Assembly (NCBI GenBank): GCA_030295235.1 | Contig: AP026130.1 | Span: 124,001-188,000 of the forward strand | Origin: Fistulifera solaris | Lineage: Eukaryota | Length of the DNA: 64,000 nt | Direction of reading: 5' to 3' | Shown here: positions 12,803 through 24,206 of the stretch, piece by piece | Numbering within the stretch: the stretch's first letter is position 1 | How the letters are laid out: the number at the start of each line of letters is the position of its first letter | Translations under genes and position numbers: made by a program | Notes under the pieces: generated by a model | What the model was told of the DNA's origin: nothing | The model's database searches: none | What the model saw: only the letters and a program-made list of their open reading frames with translations

Positions 12803-13741
12803 CTACTTCGAGCCACGACGGAATAGGTTACCAAGCGTTTTGCCCGGACTAATGCCATTCGTCAACTTTTCTGGTTCCTCCTCTTCCTTGAACGAATCGG
12901 CTACTTTCAAAACTTCATCGTATTCGCCTTCGATTAGTGTGATAAACAGAAGACTGAGCTTGAGCTGTGTCTTTTCAACATCTTCTTTGGCGATTTCCGA
13001 AAAGTCTTCAATGTTTCGGATAAAGGCCGCTTGGTCTTTCTTCGATACAAGATTTTCACCAATACCTTCCAAAGCATTGAGAATCGCTGCGAAACCGATT
13101 TCGGACGGCCGAATCGCCACAAATTTTTGATGACTGATGACCAACTCGGTCTGAAATCTGGCAAAGTCCATCAGCAATTGCGTCACTCGGTGGTGAATAC
13201 CTTTCGGAGTAAGCGCCATAAAGTGTTGCACAAATCCCAATGGCGTTGGTCCATTCACCCGAAATTTGAGTGTTTGTAGTATAGTTTGCTCCATCGTCAC
13301 AAACTCCATCTCGTCGTACATGCCATGGCTGAGATCTGCCAAGAGCGATGTCTCGATTTCCATAGGTTCATGTATCTTGATGGCCACATACAGTGTTGTC
13401 ATGGCCGCTAACTGATATTCCTTTCGGTTGCCCAGAGTCTCCTTGCCTTTTCTTGTGCATAGATATCGGTCCAAAAAGGACATGCCGATGCCCACTGTTT
13501 CTCTTCTAAATTTGCAATAATCAATCACATGATAGCACCACTCGCACATTTTGGTTCGGCAATCTTCATCGACCGGCTTGGCGGACAATTTGCGGAGCTC
13601 TTCCTTATCGGCCAAATAATCATGCACCATGTACGTCGTCTCCTCTTGAATCCGCATAATGGCAATCAGATCGGCCAGATCATTTTGATCCAAAGCAGGA
13701 AGTAATGACCCCTCGAGATGATTGGGAGTGAGAGCAGGCAT
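12803..13741 (-). CDS. Cyclin (diatom-specific cyclin type), copy 1
   Basis: Cyclin-box motifs CRTKMCEWCYHVID, RETVGIGMSFLDRYL, YQLAAMTTLYVAIKIHE, MEQTILQTLKFRVNGPTP. Start codon uncertain. Confidence 0.9.
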   Translation of the reverse strand: MPALTPNHLEGSLLPALDQNDLADLIAIMRIQEETTYMVHDYLADKEELRKLSAKPVDEDCRTKMCEWCYHVIDYCKFRRETVGIGMSFLDRYLCTRKGKETLGNRKEYQLAAMTTLYVAIKIHEPMEIETSLLADLSHGMYDEMEFVTMEQTILQTLKFRVNGPTPLGFVQHFMALTPKGIHHRVTQLLMDFARFQTELVISHQKFVAIRPSEIGFAAILNALEGIGENLVSKKDQAAFIRNIEDFSEIAKEDVEKTQLKLSLLFITLIEGEYDEVLKVADSFKEEEEPEKLTNGISPGKTLGNLFRRGSK

Positions 13742-14286
13742 TTCGAAAATCAAGCTGACCGTCAACGAATTTATTTATAGAAAGGACGGCACAAGTCCTC
13801 TTCTTTGACTGCAGATGAAATGCTTGCCGCGGCGAAAGCGATGACCGAGACTGTGATGCGGTCGAAGGCGACGGAGAGATACAAGGCAGGTCTTCGAAGA
13901 AGAGGTGATCGATCGTCCGCAAATCGCAAATGCCAAGGTCTATGGTCAATGTGACCTTTTTTGTGACTTTTGTGACTCGAAGACATTTTGAAAAATCTTC
14001 AAGAAATAATAGAGTAAACTGAGACATGAGACATTAAGTCACGGATTTACGGTACTTTGAACTATGACCAGCACCTCTTTAGAGTTAGGAATTTCGAGCT
14101 AGATGGAGGACTTGCGAATGGAATGATTGAGACAACTAACTGCGGTATCATTGTTTGTCGATATTATGGTTTAATATTATGAATATGCCTTGCCAAATAG
14201 AAATAGGGATGAACGTCATGGTGAAACCATAACAGAGCTTGGGCTATCTTGACGAAGAACGGTCCCGCGTTTCTTGTAGTCGCCCA

Positions 14287-15228
14287 TTATTTCCAAGGTG
14301 GAAAGCTCTTCCTCTTTTCGATAGATGAAACTATAAATTCAGGTCCCATTACTTCGAAAACTAGATTGCTCAGTTTAGCCTGCGTATCCGATAAATCTTC
14401 GATGAATAGCTGGGTGGATTCCTCGATGATACGAATAAACCTTATTCGGGCGTTCAATGTAAGTATGGATTCATCTAAGCCTTCCATAGCATTTAAAATT
14501 GCTGCAAATGCGGCTTCCGATGGCTTTACCGTACAAAGCGATTGACTGGAAACCAAAAGCTCCGTCTGGTATCTGGCAGAATCCATGATAAGGGCAGCAA
14601 CATCGGGGTGAATCGTCACCGGCGCTAAACCCAAAAATACTTGAACAAAACTGAGTGCGGTTGGGCCACATACACGATATTCCAGAACTTCTAGAATATG
14701 CTGCTCCATATCTACAAAATCCATTTCAGAGTACATGCCCTGGCTGAGATCAGATAAGAGACTAGTGTCCACTTCCATTGGCTCTGAAATTTTTATAGCA
14801 ATGTAAAGCGCTGTCATCGCCACGAGCTGATAGTGCTTTTGAGAGAGCAGAGCAGGACGACCGTGCTCGGTGCTAAGATATCGATCTAAATACGACATCG
14901 CCACCACAACAGTTTCTCGTCTGAACTTGCAATAATTTATGACGTGAAAACACCATTGGCACATTTTCAAGCGACAATCCTCGTTGACTGGTTTTCTGGC
15001 GAATTTTCTCAGGACAACCGTTTGCTTCATGTAATCGTCCACCGCGTAAGTAGTTTCCTCTTGCATACACATTATCCCGATCTGATCGACCAACTCCGCC
15101 CGCGTCAACGTAGTCAGTTCTAGTGCCTCCACGGCAAGAGGTTCGAGAGCTACATAAGGCATGTTTCCTCTTTTGATCGGCTCGCGCAAAATGAAGCTTC
15201 TGAAAGATTGTTTCGTTTTACTATCCAT
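14287..15228 (-). CDS. Cyclin (diatom-specific cyclin type), copy 2
   Basis: CRLKMCQWCFHVI, RETVVVAMSYLDRYL, YQLVAMTALYIAIKISE, MEQHILEVLEYRVCGPT. Start could be 15162, 15228 or 15336. Confidence 0.9.
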   Translation of the reverse strand: MDSKTKQSFRSFILREPIKRGNMPYVALEPLAVEALELTTLTRAELVDQIGIMCMQEETTYAVDDYMKQTVVLRKFARKPVNEDCRLKMCQWCFHVINYCKFRRETVVVAMSYLDRYLSTEHGRPALLSQKHYQLVAMTALYIAIKISEPMEVDTSLLSDLSQGMYSEMDFVDMEQHILEVLEYRVCGPTALSFVQVFLGLAPVTIHPDVAALIMDSARYQTELLVSSQSLCTVKPSEAAFAAILNAMEGLDESILTLNARIRFIRIIEESTQLFIEDLSDTQAKLSNLVFEVMGPEFIVSSIEKRKSFPPWK

Positions 15229-15883
15229 CAATCCATGAAATCTCGATCTCGACAAGCATATCGGGTGGGAAAGAAAGTAAAAAGTTTTCCCGACAAAGGA
15301 GGTTGCGATTTTGTGACCCGAAGGAACATCGAACATGGCCGTAATCTGTAATCTATAATGACCCCTATTTGTAACTTATGAGTATAATAATATACGGAGT
15401 ACTCCGGAGTACATGTTACACGCCATAAGTCTGAAAGGCCTTTATGTCTGTTACTGTGTACTTTATGATAGTGTCTCGACAAGAGACACTATTAAACAAT
15501 AAGAAATATTCTACTTTGAAGTTGAAATATTGTACACTTTGGCTTGACAGAACAGAAATGACCATTATTACTATCTACTACGTAGTGAAGTCGTCTATAG
15601 CGTAGGTCTGACAAGACTGATTTGATCAGAAGTCCCGGATGAAATCGGTCTGACGAACTATAGTATCTCTTTCAATCAGCAACCGCGTCGAACATCAAAA
15701 ACGCTGATAATTCAACAGAGCTACTTTTTAATTTAGTTCTATGCATTCTTAGCAAAGTTTTTCAACCGCTGCACTGCAGTAAATTACTTTTGACCGCTTC
15801 TGAAAATCACATGAGTGCCATTTGCAACTTGAAGCGTAATTGAAGAGCATCTGTAACCACAACAAAAGAGCAATAGGTTTTAT

Positions 15884-16734
15884 TCAAACAATCTGTCTCG
15901 GATACGGAGCCAACACCAGTTTGTTATCGCCCATGAATTCGCCCTGCTTCTCGCGAAGTGCCGACCGAGCCCAGGATGCATCCGCAAAATGCACCAAAAA
16001 TGTCATGGGCTTATCGTCCGGCCCTCCTTTCCAATCTTCGACCGCCTTTCCTCCCGGTCTTAAATCGTATCGACTGAACAAATTCATGACATTCATGTTC
16101 GTTGTCTTGAGTGGACAATTTTCCACCCGAATGGTGGCATCCGAGACCTGGTAAAACGGTCGTTTCGCGTCGCGATGTTCGGAGACTATGACTTTTTCCA
16201 CGAACAAAAGAGACCCGAATTGACGGATTGATTGAGCACGGCTTGAACCAGTGAACGATTCTCCAACTGCAGAAACCATCCGGTCGGTCGGGCAAATAAC
16301 GACAGATTCAAGTGCGCTTTTTGAATCCACGAGGTGTCGCTGTTAAAGTGTAGCGACGGAACGGGGTCGATCGGATCCCACGGAGCATCCAGGTCAACAA
16401 TACCCCGTTTATTTTCTCTTTCCAAAGCCAACTGAACTCCATCTAACATGGCTTCTAACGAAGAAGTCGGCGGTATCCCATCGATTTGAATCCAGTTGCT
16501 TTGTGCGACGCGTTCTCCCGCTGCCTTCATATGATCACCCACAATATTACCTGCCGGTAGCCGTTGTTTCTTATTCGTGTTCTTCTTTCTGTTGAATATT
16601 GCAGAAGATGGCTTATGTATAGTTTCCGAGAATAACAGTTCGGACGACGAATTGGACGAAAAACAGTAATGCAGTGGTCTCTTCCAGTGCTGCAAACGAT
16701 TGATAGATCGCCCTGTCTTGAGTAAAGTTGTCAT
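15884..16734 (-). CDS. Putative RRM-like RNA-binding protein, possibly mitochondrial; frameshift near 16195
   Basis: Basic, Ser-rich N-terminus. WIQIDGIPP, TIRVENCP and FLVHFADASWARSALREKQG resemble RRM strands and helices. Adding one A in TGGAAAAAGTC joins the two ORFs. Confidence 0.6.
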
Positions 16735-17222
16735 ATTTTCTATTGTGTTGCAACCAAGTAGATAGAAAGACACTTTATGATGATTATATATTTGCAAGAA
16801 GATAGAAACCGTTCTTGTCGAACTCGAAGTCCTCTCGTCGTCTTCGCGGAGGGAAAAAATATAAACGACGCGCTGCGAGATAACGATCGTCCTTCGTCCG
16901 AGAACTGTGGAGTGCAGTAAATAAAAAACGAGGTAAGAGTGGAACGGAAATTAAAGATTTAAGTGTGTAGAACTACTATACTTTACAGAGTAGACAGAAA
17001 CTTGACACCCACCACCCAGACCCAGCGCATCTTGCGCTGCGCATACCGCAGTTTTATGTTTTCGTTGCTATTATCGAAAGCGTCTCGATACTGTCGAAGC
17101 ATTTATAATATATAATTGTCATTGTGCTTACTAGCCTCTTCTTGCTTGAAGAGGTCACCATGAAACACTCCTTTGAACATATAGATTCAGTTTGTTTAAA
17201 AAGATCTGACTGAATCGAGGAG

Positions 17223-20182
17223 ATGCAGAACAATTTGACACCGAACAATCGCAGTGCGTTCTCCCGTGTTGCCACGGGTACATCCTCAACCAGCACGAAT
17301 GCAAAACCGCCCTCTCAGGTCACTTTTGAAGGAGATATTTCCGAAGAGACGATGGAATCGCGTACGGCATCCTTCCCTTCATCGCCCAGTCGAGGACTCG
17401 CTTCTTCGGAAGAAGACAGCGTTGCCGAAATGGATTATATGAGCGAAAGTTCGAACGTATCCATCAAAGACACGGACGTTTCTACCGACGAATACACTCA
17501 CAAAAATATTGTACCGCCGAATCGACCCGACGGAGAAACGTTGCCCGCCGAAGACTCGTTATTTCGTGTCCCTTCCGCGCGTCAAGACAAATGGACTCCG
17601 ACCCACCCGGTCGTCAGCAGCTTGGAAGACGATCATCGTCCCCTCTGTCTACCGCGCTTTCGGGATACTCAGACGTGTATTTGGACGGCCTCGCATGCGG
17701 CGAATGCTCCCACTGAAGATCGGAGTGCGTATTTGGTCAACTTGTTGTTGCAGCCGCTCCCACCCAATTTCGATTCCGAGACGCAATTGCTGCCGTTGGA
17801 GCCAGATTATAAAACACTGATTCGACTCAATTTGTGGTGTGTCGTCGATGGTCACGGGGGTGGCTGTGTGGCGACGTATGCGTCCGAAGTTCTGTTGCCG
17901 CACATTGCGGCTTCGGTCTCGCGGGCTTTGGGGTGTGCGATCATTGACCGGGGTGTGTGCGTCGTGAATGGGGAGCTGCGCGATGCGAATGCTCTGGATT
18001 TGGACGGACTCATCACAACATCGGATCGGAGTGTCTTTAATCCCAATTCCATCCATTATCGGTCTCCTTTTGAACGATCCGACTCGGAGTTGAACGGCGA
18101 AGCGGAACAGAATCTGTCCGAAGTAGACGGTTCCGTGGAAGCGAGAACAACGGCATCTATGGCTGACTCCACCGGAAAAGAGTCGCAAGATAGTATGACG
18201 GCTCCCGCTTCAGTCGATACTCCTACCAGGGTGGATGGTTCGCACCGAGAAGATGCATCGGCGTCGTCGGTCAAGACATCGGTCAAAACAGCGGCATCTC
18301 CTGCCAACAAAGACAATTTAGTCGGTACGCATTCGCCTCAGGAGGTAGCAGCCATTACACGTGCAATCACCGAGTCGTTCTTAGCAGTAGATGAAGGTTG
18401 GATTAACTCCATTGATCCGGTGGCTACGCATCAAAACTCTTGTCAAAGCAATGGGCGGTGGAATTCAGGTGCGTGTGCGCTGGTCGTTTTCACTGTGCAA
18501 AGACTCGACTGGACCAGTGTATCGGAGCCGGATCGAGAAAAGGAGATGCGAGGGCCCGATCAGAATGGCCTCAACACCTCTCAGAATAGGGACGCGGCCC
18601 GTCGGAGAATGTTGGATTACGCTGCCCGAGCTAAAAGTGCAAGCTCTATGAGTACGGTGTCGTCTACATCTTCGATAACCACAGAAGAAGCTGTCAATGC
18701 ATCTGGATTAGAATCGGAAATTACGGAAACCGAAGGAGAAGACGAGCAGTCTCAAGCCGATGAAACACGCCGGCGCAATCCGCCACGTAAATTCGATCAC
18801 CGGAAATCATCCAAGAAAGAGTCGATCATTAGCGCTCCTGGTGGATGTTCTTGTCATTGTTACAGAGCACATGATGCAATGCTTTACACTGCACATGTTG
18901 GAGACTGTCGCGCTGTTATGCTGGGATCGGCACCGCCTCGTACCATCAAAGTGAGGGCCTCTAGGCACCCAGATACCACGGATGATGAATCAAGCCATCA
19001 CAGCAGTGATGAAACGGAGTGTTTGAGTAGTAGTGATCATGACGCTGATAGCAGTGAAGAAGAAGATGTTCAACCACCACCTGAAGGCAGTTCTGCCTCG
19101 GCAACGACATCTTCGGCCTACAGCCAAATACCCCGTCGCGTGGCACGACAGAAATCGTCGCGTCGACGCAACATTGATGATACCGCCGGCCCATTCATTG
19201 CGTTACCGCCACTTGAGAAGCCAGAAGGGCGAGTTGCTGTGGAATTTAATATAGAATCAGAACTGCTACAAAAGAGCGACTCGCTCGTGCTGCAAAAGAG
19301 CCCTCGGATTCTTCAACAGATTCGCAAGACAGCGAGGAGTCATTGAATTTGATTCATCTCCCACCTGTCACTCGTCCCATTGATTTAACAACTGACCATT
19401 CAGCTTACAACCCTGCTGAAGTAACGGCGGTACTCCGTAGGTGCAACAATGCACCAAGAGCTATTTCCGCTGGTGTCGGTGGTGGTATAAAGAGAGTTGC
19501 AGGTTCTCTAGCTGTGACCAGAGCATTAGGCGATGCGTATTTGAAGACTCCTTTGCTCTCATTCTTGCCTTACAAAAGTCATGCTCCTTACATTACTGCT
19601 CGCCCGGAAGTAAATTGCCGCCCGTTACTAAAAGATGGTGATAAAGTGCTGATTCTCGCCACTGACGGCGTATGGGGTGAGTTTGAGATTGAGTGGTGTA
19701 TCTCTGTCATTTGTGTTTTCTCTCACATTGTTCGTAGAGCGGGCAAGTGGTGAGGATTGTTTACGGTGGGTTCGGAACTTTTTTGAGGAACGCGTTGCAG
19801 AAGCTGAGCGCAGGAATAATCGTAGGTCAACTCAGGTCGAACGGGTGCTTACGAACGAAGAGAAGGAAACAGCAGCTAAGGATGCCCAAGATGGAGCCGA
19901 AAAGGATCTTTTGAGAAAAATGAGGTGTTTCCGAGTCTGAGAAAACGCGGACCTGCTCGGAGCCCTAGTCCGTCTGCGAAACGCCGAAAACGAGGACGAC
20001 CATTTCGAGTAAGCTACAACGTAGCGGATGTTATCGCCCGACGCGTTTTGAACAAAGTGCGTCGTGCACGAAATATTTCTAGTCTTCAGGCTCTCATGGC
20101 GTTACCTCAAGGGCGTGCTCGTCGATCAAAGCACGATGACATAACGGCGAGTGTCATTGATCTTTCTGCTTTTGTCTCGTGA
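17223..20182 (+). CDS. PP2C/PPM-family protein phosphatase with large low-complexity insertions; intron 19677..19737; frameshifts near 19260 and 19900
   Basis: Ordered PP2C motifs: EDR, VVDGHGG, SGACA, HVGDCRAV, LTTDH, GSLAVTRALGD, LILATDGVW|E, HDDIT. Confidence 0.9.
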
Positions 20183-20269
20183 GTCAGGAGCTACAGCTCG
20201 CCTTGAAGCAGTTTCTTCTTGAGACACCTCAACGTTTTCGAATGTACTGCGTCATTGTAAAAATCATTA

Positions 20270-22171
20270 TTAATTTTGATCATTAGATGTTCCTACCCAA
20301 ATACATGTACCAACCTGGGAAAAATTCATCGCGCTTCTCCACTTTGCCTCGTCTTCCTCTGTCCATGGTATTGTTGTCTTAGGATTCTTTCGTGCTTTGC
20401 GTACATTTGATAAGTCACTAGCTTTCTTGTACCCTCCTTGGATCATGAAAGTAAGAACAGTGCCAGAAGACATATTCGTCACGAGATCAACGGTAATATC
20501 CTCTAATCTGGTCCAATCGTCCGGACCGTGCAAATCAAAGTTAGCCCATACCAACCGAGCTTTCCGACTTGGTCCAGCCATCCATGAACACACAGCTTTG
20601 TGATTTGAATCTTTTATACTTTCGCAGCCCAATGCATGTATAGAATTCGGTTGAGAAGTAACGTGCTGTTGGATCCATTCGGACGGCCCAATGCAAACAG
20701 TAGTATGTCCGCACGAAGCAACAGTATGAACTCGGTTGATGGGAGTAGCATCCAACATTTGAAAGGAAGGACCATCAACAGCACGTCGTGAGGCCAATTT
20801 CAATGCAGTTGCAGCGTCCTCGAGGCTACAATGAGAGCTCGACTTTTGTATTTGCAACCGGAGAAGACGCGAAGCTAGAGCTCGTAACGAATATTTGAAG
20901 CGTCCATTGGATGGCTGAAATAAAATAGCGGTATCCACGACAGTGCTGTGGACAAAACGCATGGCGCGGAGGTCATTTTCAAGGGAATGGCCTATGACGA
21001 TGTCATCGCTCCGAATTGTAGCGACCAGGGCAGCCTGGACTTGTTCGAGAGAAACGGTAGCATTGTCAATAATTTCCTTTGTCATTCCTGAGTACGCGGT
21101 CAAGTAATCTAAGACCCGATTGACAGGCTTTACAATTTCATCGAACACGAGCTTGTAAATAATACCTCGCTCGGCAGAGTACTCTTCAACTTCGATCACG
21201 GTAATTCGAGCAAGTTCCAGGCCTACTTTGGTGCGCACCATTTCGCAATCGACAGCAAAAATTCGATTGCGTTTCTCGCCCCACGTTGTGGAAGCTACGT
21301 ATTGTGTGTTGTGCTGCATCTCATTTTCTTCTACAGAAAAAGACAATGTCTGAATGAATTTCTTTGCACACTCAGAATCAATATCGGACGGTTTCTTGTC
21401 CACAAACGTCGACATGTCGACAGACCGGACCATTTCAAAATAGGATGTGAGCGAATCTGACTTCTGGGTCGGGTAGTTCTCTTTCGCCAGCTCGGATGGC
21501 TTCAGTCTCAATAGGTTTAAGGCGTTGTAAAGGTCGCCTTTGCTCTTCACAGTTTGTGGTTTGGCTGTCTTATCTTTCAATGGCTTCGGCCGCGCTCGGT
21601 ACATGGTTGCACGTGTCATACATGTCGGCTGCTGATCATCCTGAAACCACCGTACTTTTGTAGAAAAAACGTGCCGTTTGTGTCGAGTCGATAACTCTGT
21701 GAGATGATCTCGGAACCATACTTCCAATGATGACAATTGTTGCAACGACTCATAACAGCAGTGCAATTCAATAACACATACATGATCACAGGCATGTGGA
21801 TTCGATAACGTCGCCCAGGAAGGAATGTTGGGAATCTCGTCGCTCTCGTCCAGTTTTCGTTTCTTTCCCGACAGTGTTTCTGATGACGAAGGATGCATGA
21901 GCCGATGGAGAATATCGCGGTGATCGGCACTTTCTACACATTCCTTAGCTTTTCCATTTCTCCAGTGCACACAAGTTCCCACCAGTGACTGATTTGAAGC
22001 AAAAAGTTTGTGCAGCTCTTGCAATTCTAACCATTCCGAGTGAGTGGATATTCCGAAAATCTCGGATTTGATCGTTTCGGGGATATTTGTCGCACGCTTC
22101 CATAACTTCTTATATCGCTTTTTATTTGGTTGCGTATTGTTGCAATCGGTGTTGCCGTTATTACTTGACAT
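20270..22171 (-). CDS. DEDDh RNA exonuclease, REX1/REXO1/REXO5-like
   Basis: FAVDCEMV, ELARITV, DYLTAYSGMT, IGHSLENDLRAM, VVDTAILF, SLRALA, HCSLEDA; intact 633-aa ORF. Confidence 0.9.
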   Translation of the reverse strand: MSSNNGNTDCNNTQPNKKRYKKLWKRATNIPETIKSEIFGISTHSEWLELQELHKLFASNQSLVGTCVHWRNGKAKECVESADHRDILHRLMHPSSSETLSGKKRKLDESDEIPNIPSWATLSNPHACDHVCVIELHCCYESLQQLSSLEVWFRDHLTELSTRHKRHVFSTKVRWFQDDQQPTCMTRATMYRARPKPLKDKTAKPQTVKSKGDLYNALNLLRLKPSELAKENYPTQKSDSLTSYFEMVRSVDMSTFVDKKPSDIDSECAKKFIQTLSFSVEENEMQHNTQYVASTTWGEKRNRIFAVDCEMVRTKVGLELARITVIEVEEYSAERGIIYKLVFDEIVKPVNRVLDYLTAYSGMTKEIIDNATVSLEQVQAALVATIRSDDIVIGHSLENDLRAMRFVHSTVVDTAILFQPSNGRFKYSLRALASRLLRLQIQKSSSHCSLEDAATALKLASRRAVDGPSFQMLDATPINRVHTVASCGHTTVCIGPSEWIQQHVTSQPNSIHALGCESIKDSNHKAVCSWMAGPSRKARLVWANFDLHGPDDWTRLEDITVDLVTNMSSGTVLTFMIQGGYKKASDLSNVRKARKNPKTTIPWTEEDEAKWRSAMNFSQVGTCIWVGTSNDQN

Positions 22172-22602
22172 GCTGTTACGAGTAATACGGAGTATTATTG
22201 CGCATGAATAAGAAATAAATGAGGATCGAAAAAATAAAATATTGTTGGCTCACGCCTGTTTTGACTTTTGACCGTTCACAGAAAATGTGGGCAAGTGGTG
22301 TTTTGACGTTTACAGAAAACGAAAACGATAGGGGGAATGATTTTTCACGTGCCAAGCTCATGACTGGAATTGAGTCACGAAGAAAACTCGCTACGAGCTA
22401 CGACTACGACTGGCCAGATGAATGATGACGTGGACAAAAATCGTGTCACCGACCAAACAACAGTTCAAGCGAATCTTTTTAGCTAAGGTTAGTAGACAAC
22501 CCAAACGACAAAGTTTTGACGAAAATTAACTGTCTAATTAAGCTATGCAGGTATATGCAATCGTGAGCGAACGCCTTCAGAAAATAATGAGAATCATCTT
22601 CA

Positions 22603-23409
22603 CTATGCCGCAGCCGCTACCAAAGGTGCTTGTAAGAGCATGGTGTTCAGTAAAAACGCGTGTCTTTCTTTTTGAACCTTCTCATCTGTCGAATGTGGTA
22701 GTCTCAGAATGTACGTGGATAATAAATCCAGACAAAGTCTTGATAGACCATAATTTCCGAGGGAATGATGGATGCATCCAGCATTATTTAGGGCTTGCAT
22801 CATTACTTCGGACGACCGCACATCATCTGGGATCATTTGTGAAAGATTGAAGGCAGTTTCAAATAAACAGAGAGCTTGAATCAAAGAAGATCGAGTCTTT
22901 GCTAAAACGTAGGTCAACCCCATGTTATAGAGAATGGCGCAAGCTTCGAATGTACACGATGTGGGTTGTAGCAAGGAAACCGGCTTGAGAAGAACGGGTT
23001 GTGTCGCGATGAATCCATCACACTCTATTTCGTAGACTGGCGAGAGTTTTTCCGGTAAATGGGAAAGGATTTCTTGCGCTTCCCATACGGCGGCGACTCC
23101 CATCAGAACGGATGCGGAAGGCATCCATGACACGCGATTCGCAGGAAAGAGAACAGTTGATGGAAGGTAATTTGACGAAAAATGACTGGGTATTGTTTGA
23201 AATGATTGTGAAACAGGATACAGTATCTGTGCGGCGAGCTTGAGTGCGACAGACGCTTCTCGCAGTTGCCCTGAAAGCATGAGGGCAATAGCCATATTGT
23301 TGCAATCGATTGATGCATTCATTACAGGACGACGATCGATAAAGCAACTGGGTGGTTGCTTTAAAGCATTCGCTAGCGCTAATTTCGCCAAGTAAGCTAT
23401 TTCGGACAT
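22603..23409 (-). CDS. Hypothetical protein with TPR-like helices
   Basis: Long ORF with AILYNMGLTY, ALNNAGCIHHSLG and C-terminal AAAA. Start uncertain. Confidence 0.55.
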   Translation of the reverse strand: MSEIAYLAKLALANALKQPPSCFIDRRPVMNASIDCNNMAIALMLSGQLREASVALKLAAQILYPVSQSFQTIPSHFSSNYLPSTVLFPANRVSWMPSASVLMGVAAVWEAQEILSHLPEKLSPVYEIECDGFIATQPVLLKPVSLLQPTSCTFEACAILYNMGLTYVLAKTRSSLIQALCLFETAFNLSQMIPDDVRSSEVMMQALNNAGCIHHSLGNYGLSRLCLDLLSTYILRLPHSTDEKVQKERHAFLLNTMLLQAPLVAAAA

Positions 23410-24206
23410 GTTGAGTGCATTTGTGCGAAAGATGCGGGAGAGAGTTTCCCGTGTTGCCTCGCTCAAATCTCACTCATCCGCCTGCGTCCATGATGTCGAA
23501 AGAACAAAAGAAAAGGAATGCGCTCCGATTTTTGTGCACTTTTAGCGTGGATGCACCTTTCGGCGCTTAAAGTCTACCAGTCAGACTACACACCCACGCT
23601 ATTAACGAAAATACCATCTCCTGCAGCAGTACGGAACAGACACCACCTCGGCATATCGAACGTACCGTTGTCGTCACTCATTAACTAAGTAGAAAACATC
23701 AAATAACCGTTGCTGGCTATCAGAGAGCTAAGTAAAAAATGAGAAGAGTGTCGTTGATACAGCCATCGGTCTTGATGCATGATCTCCGTTTCACCAAGTG
23801 GGATAAACAATGTAAAGATTGAAAGTAGATTGGGCCTTTGAGCGTGAAAAACGTCAAACGTGAACAACACTTCAAGCTTCAAGCTTCAAGTGTTTCAAGC
23901 GAGAAAAATGGAGCATGATTCATCTGTGATTCATTCATTCAATAGCCAGAATAAAGAACTAGAGATGCCCATTATCTTTTGAGTCCCTAACTCAAACCTA
24001 GTACAATTGATTCGAAGGGAACAAATAAGAGGCGTTTCAGAAATGGTTGGTAGCCAATTTACTTTGGCAAGGTTCAAGAAAGCAAACGAATGATTTGAAA
24101 CGACTCCTTATGATTCACTTCTTTGTTAATAGAAACACGACATTCACATTAATTACAATTTTAACGGATACTTTGTTCCCTGTTGTCGATCATTGCCTTT
24201 ATCCCC

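Noticed and set aside
23870..23900. TTCAAGC heptamer tandem and scattered CTAG-rich mini-palindromes (about 8790, 51340)
   Set aside because: Too short and low-complexity to support a function.
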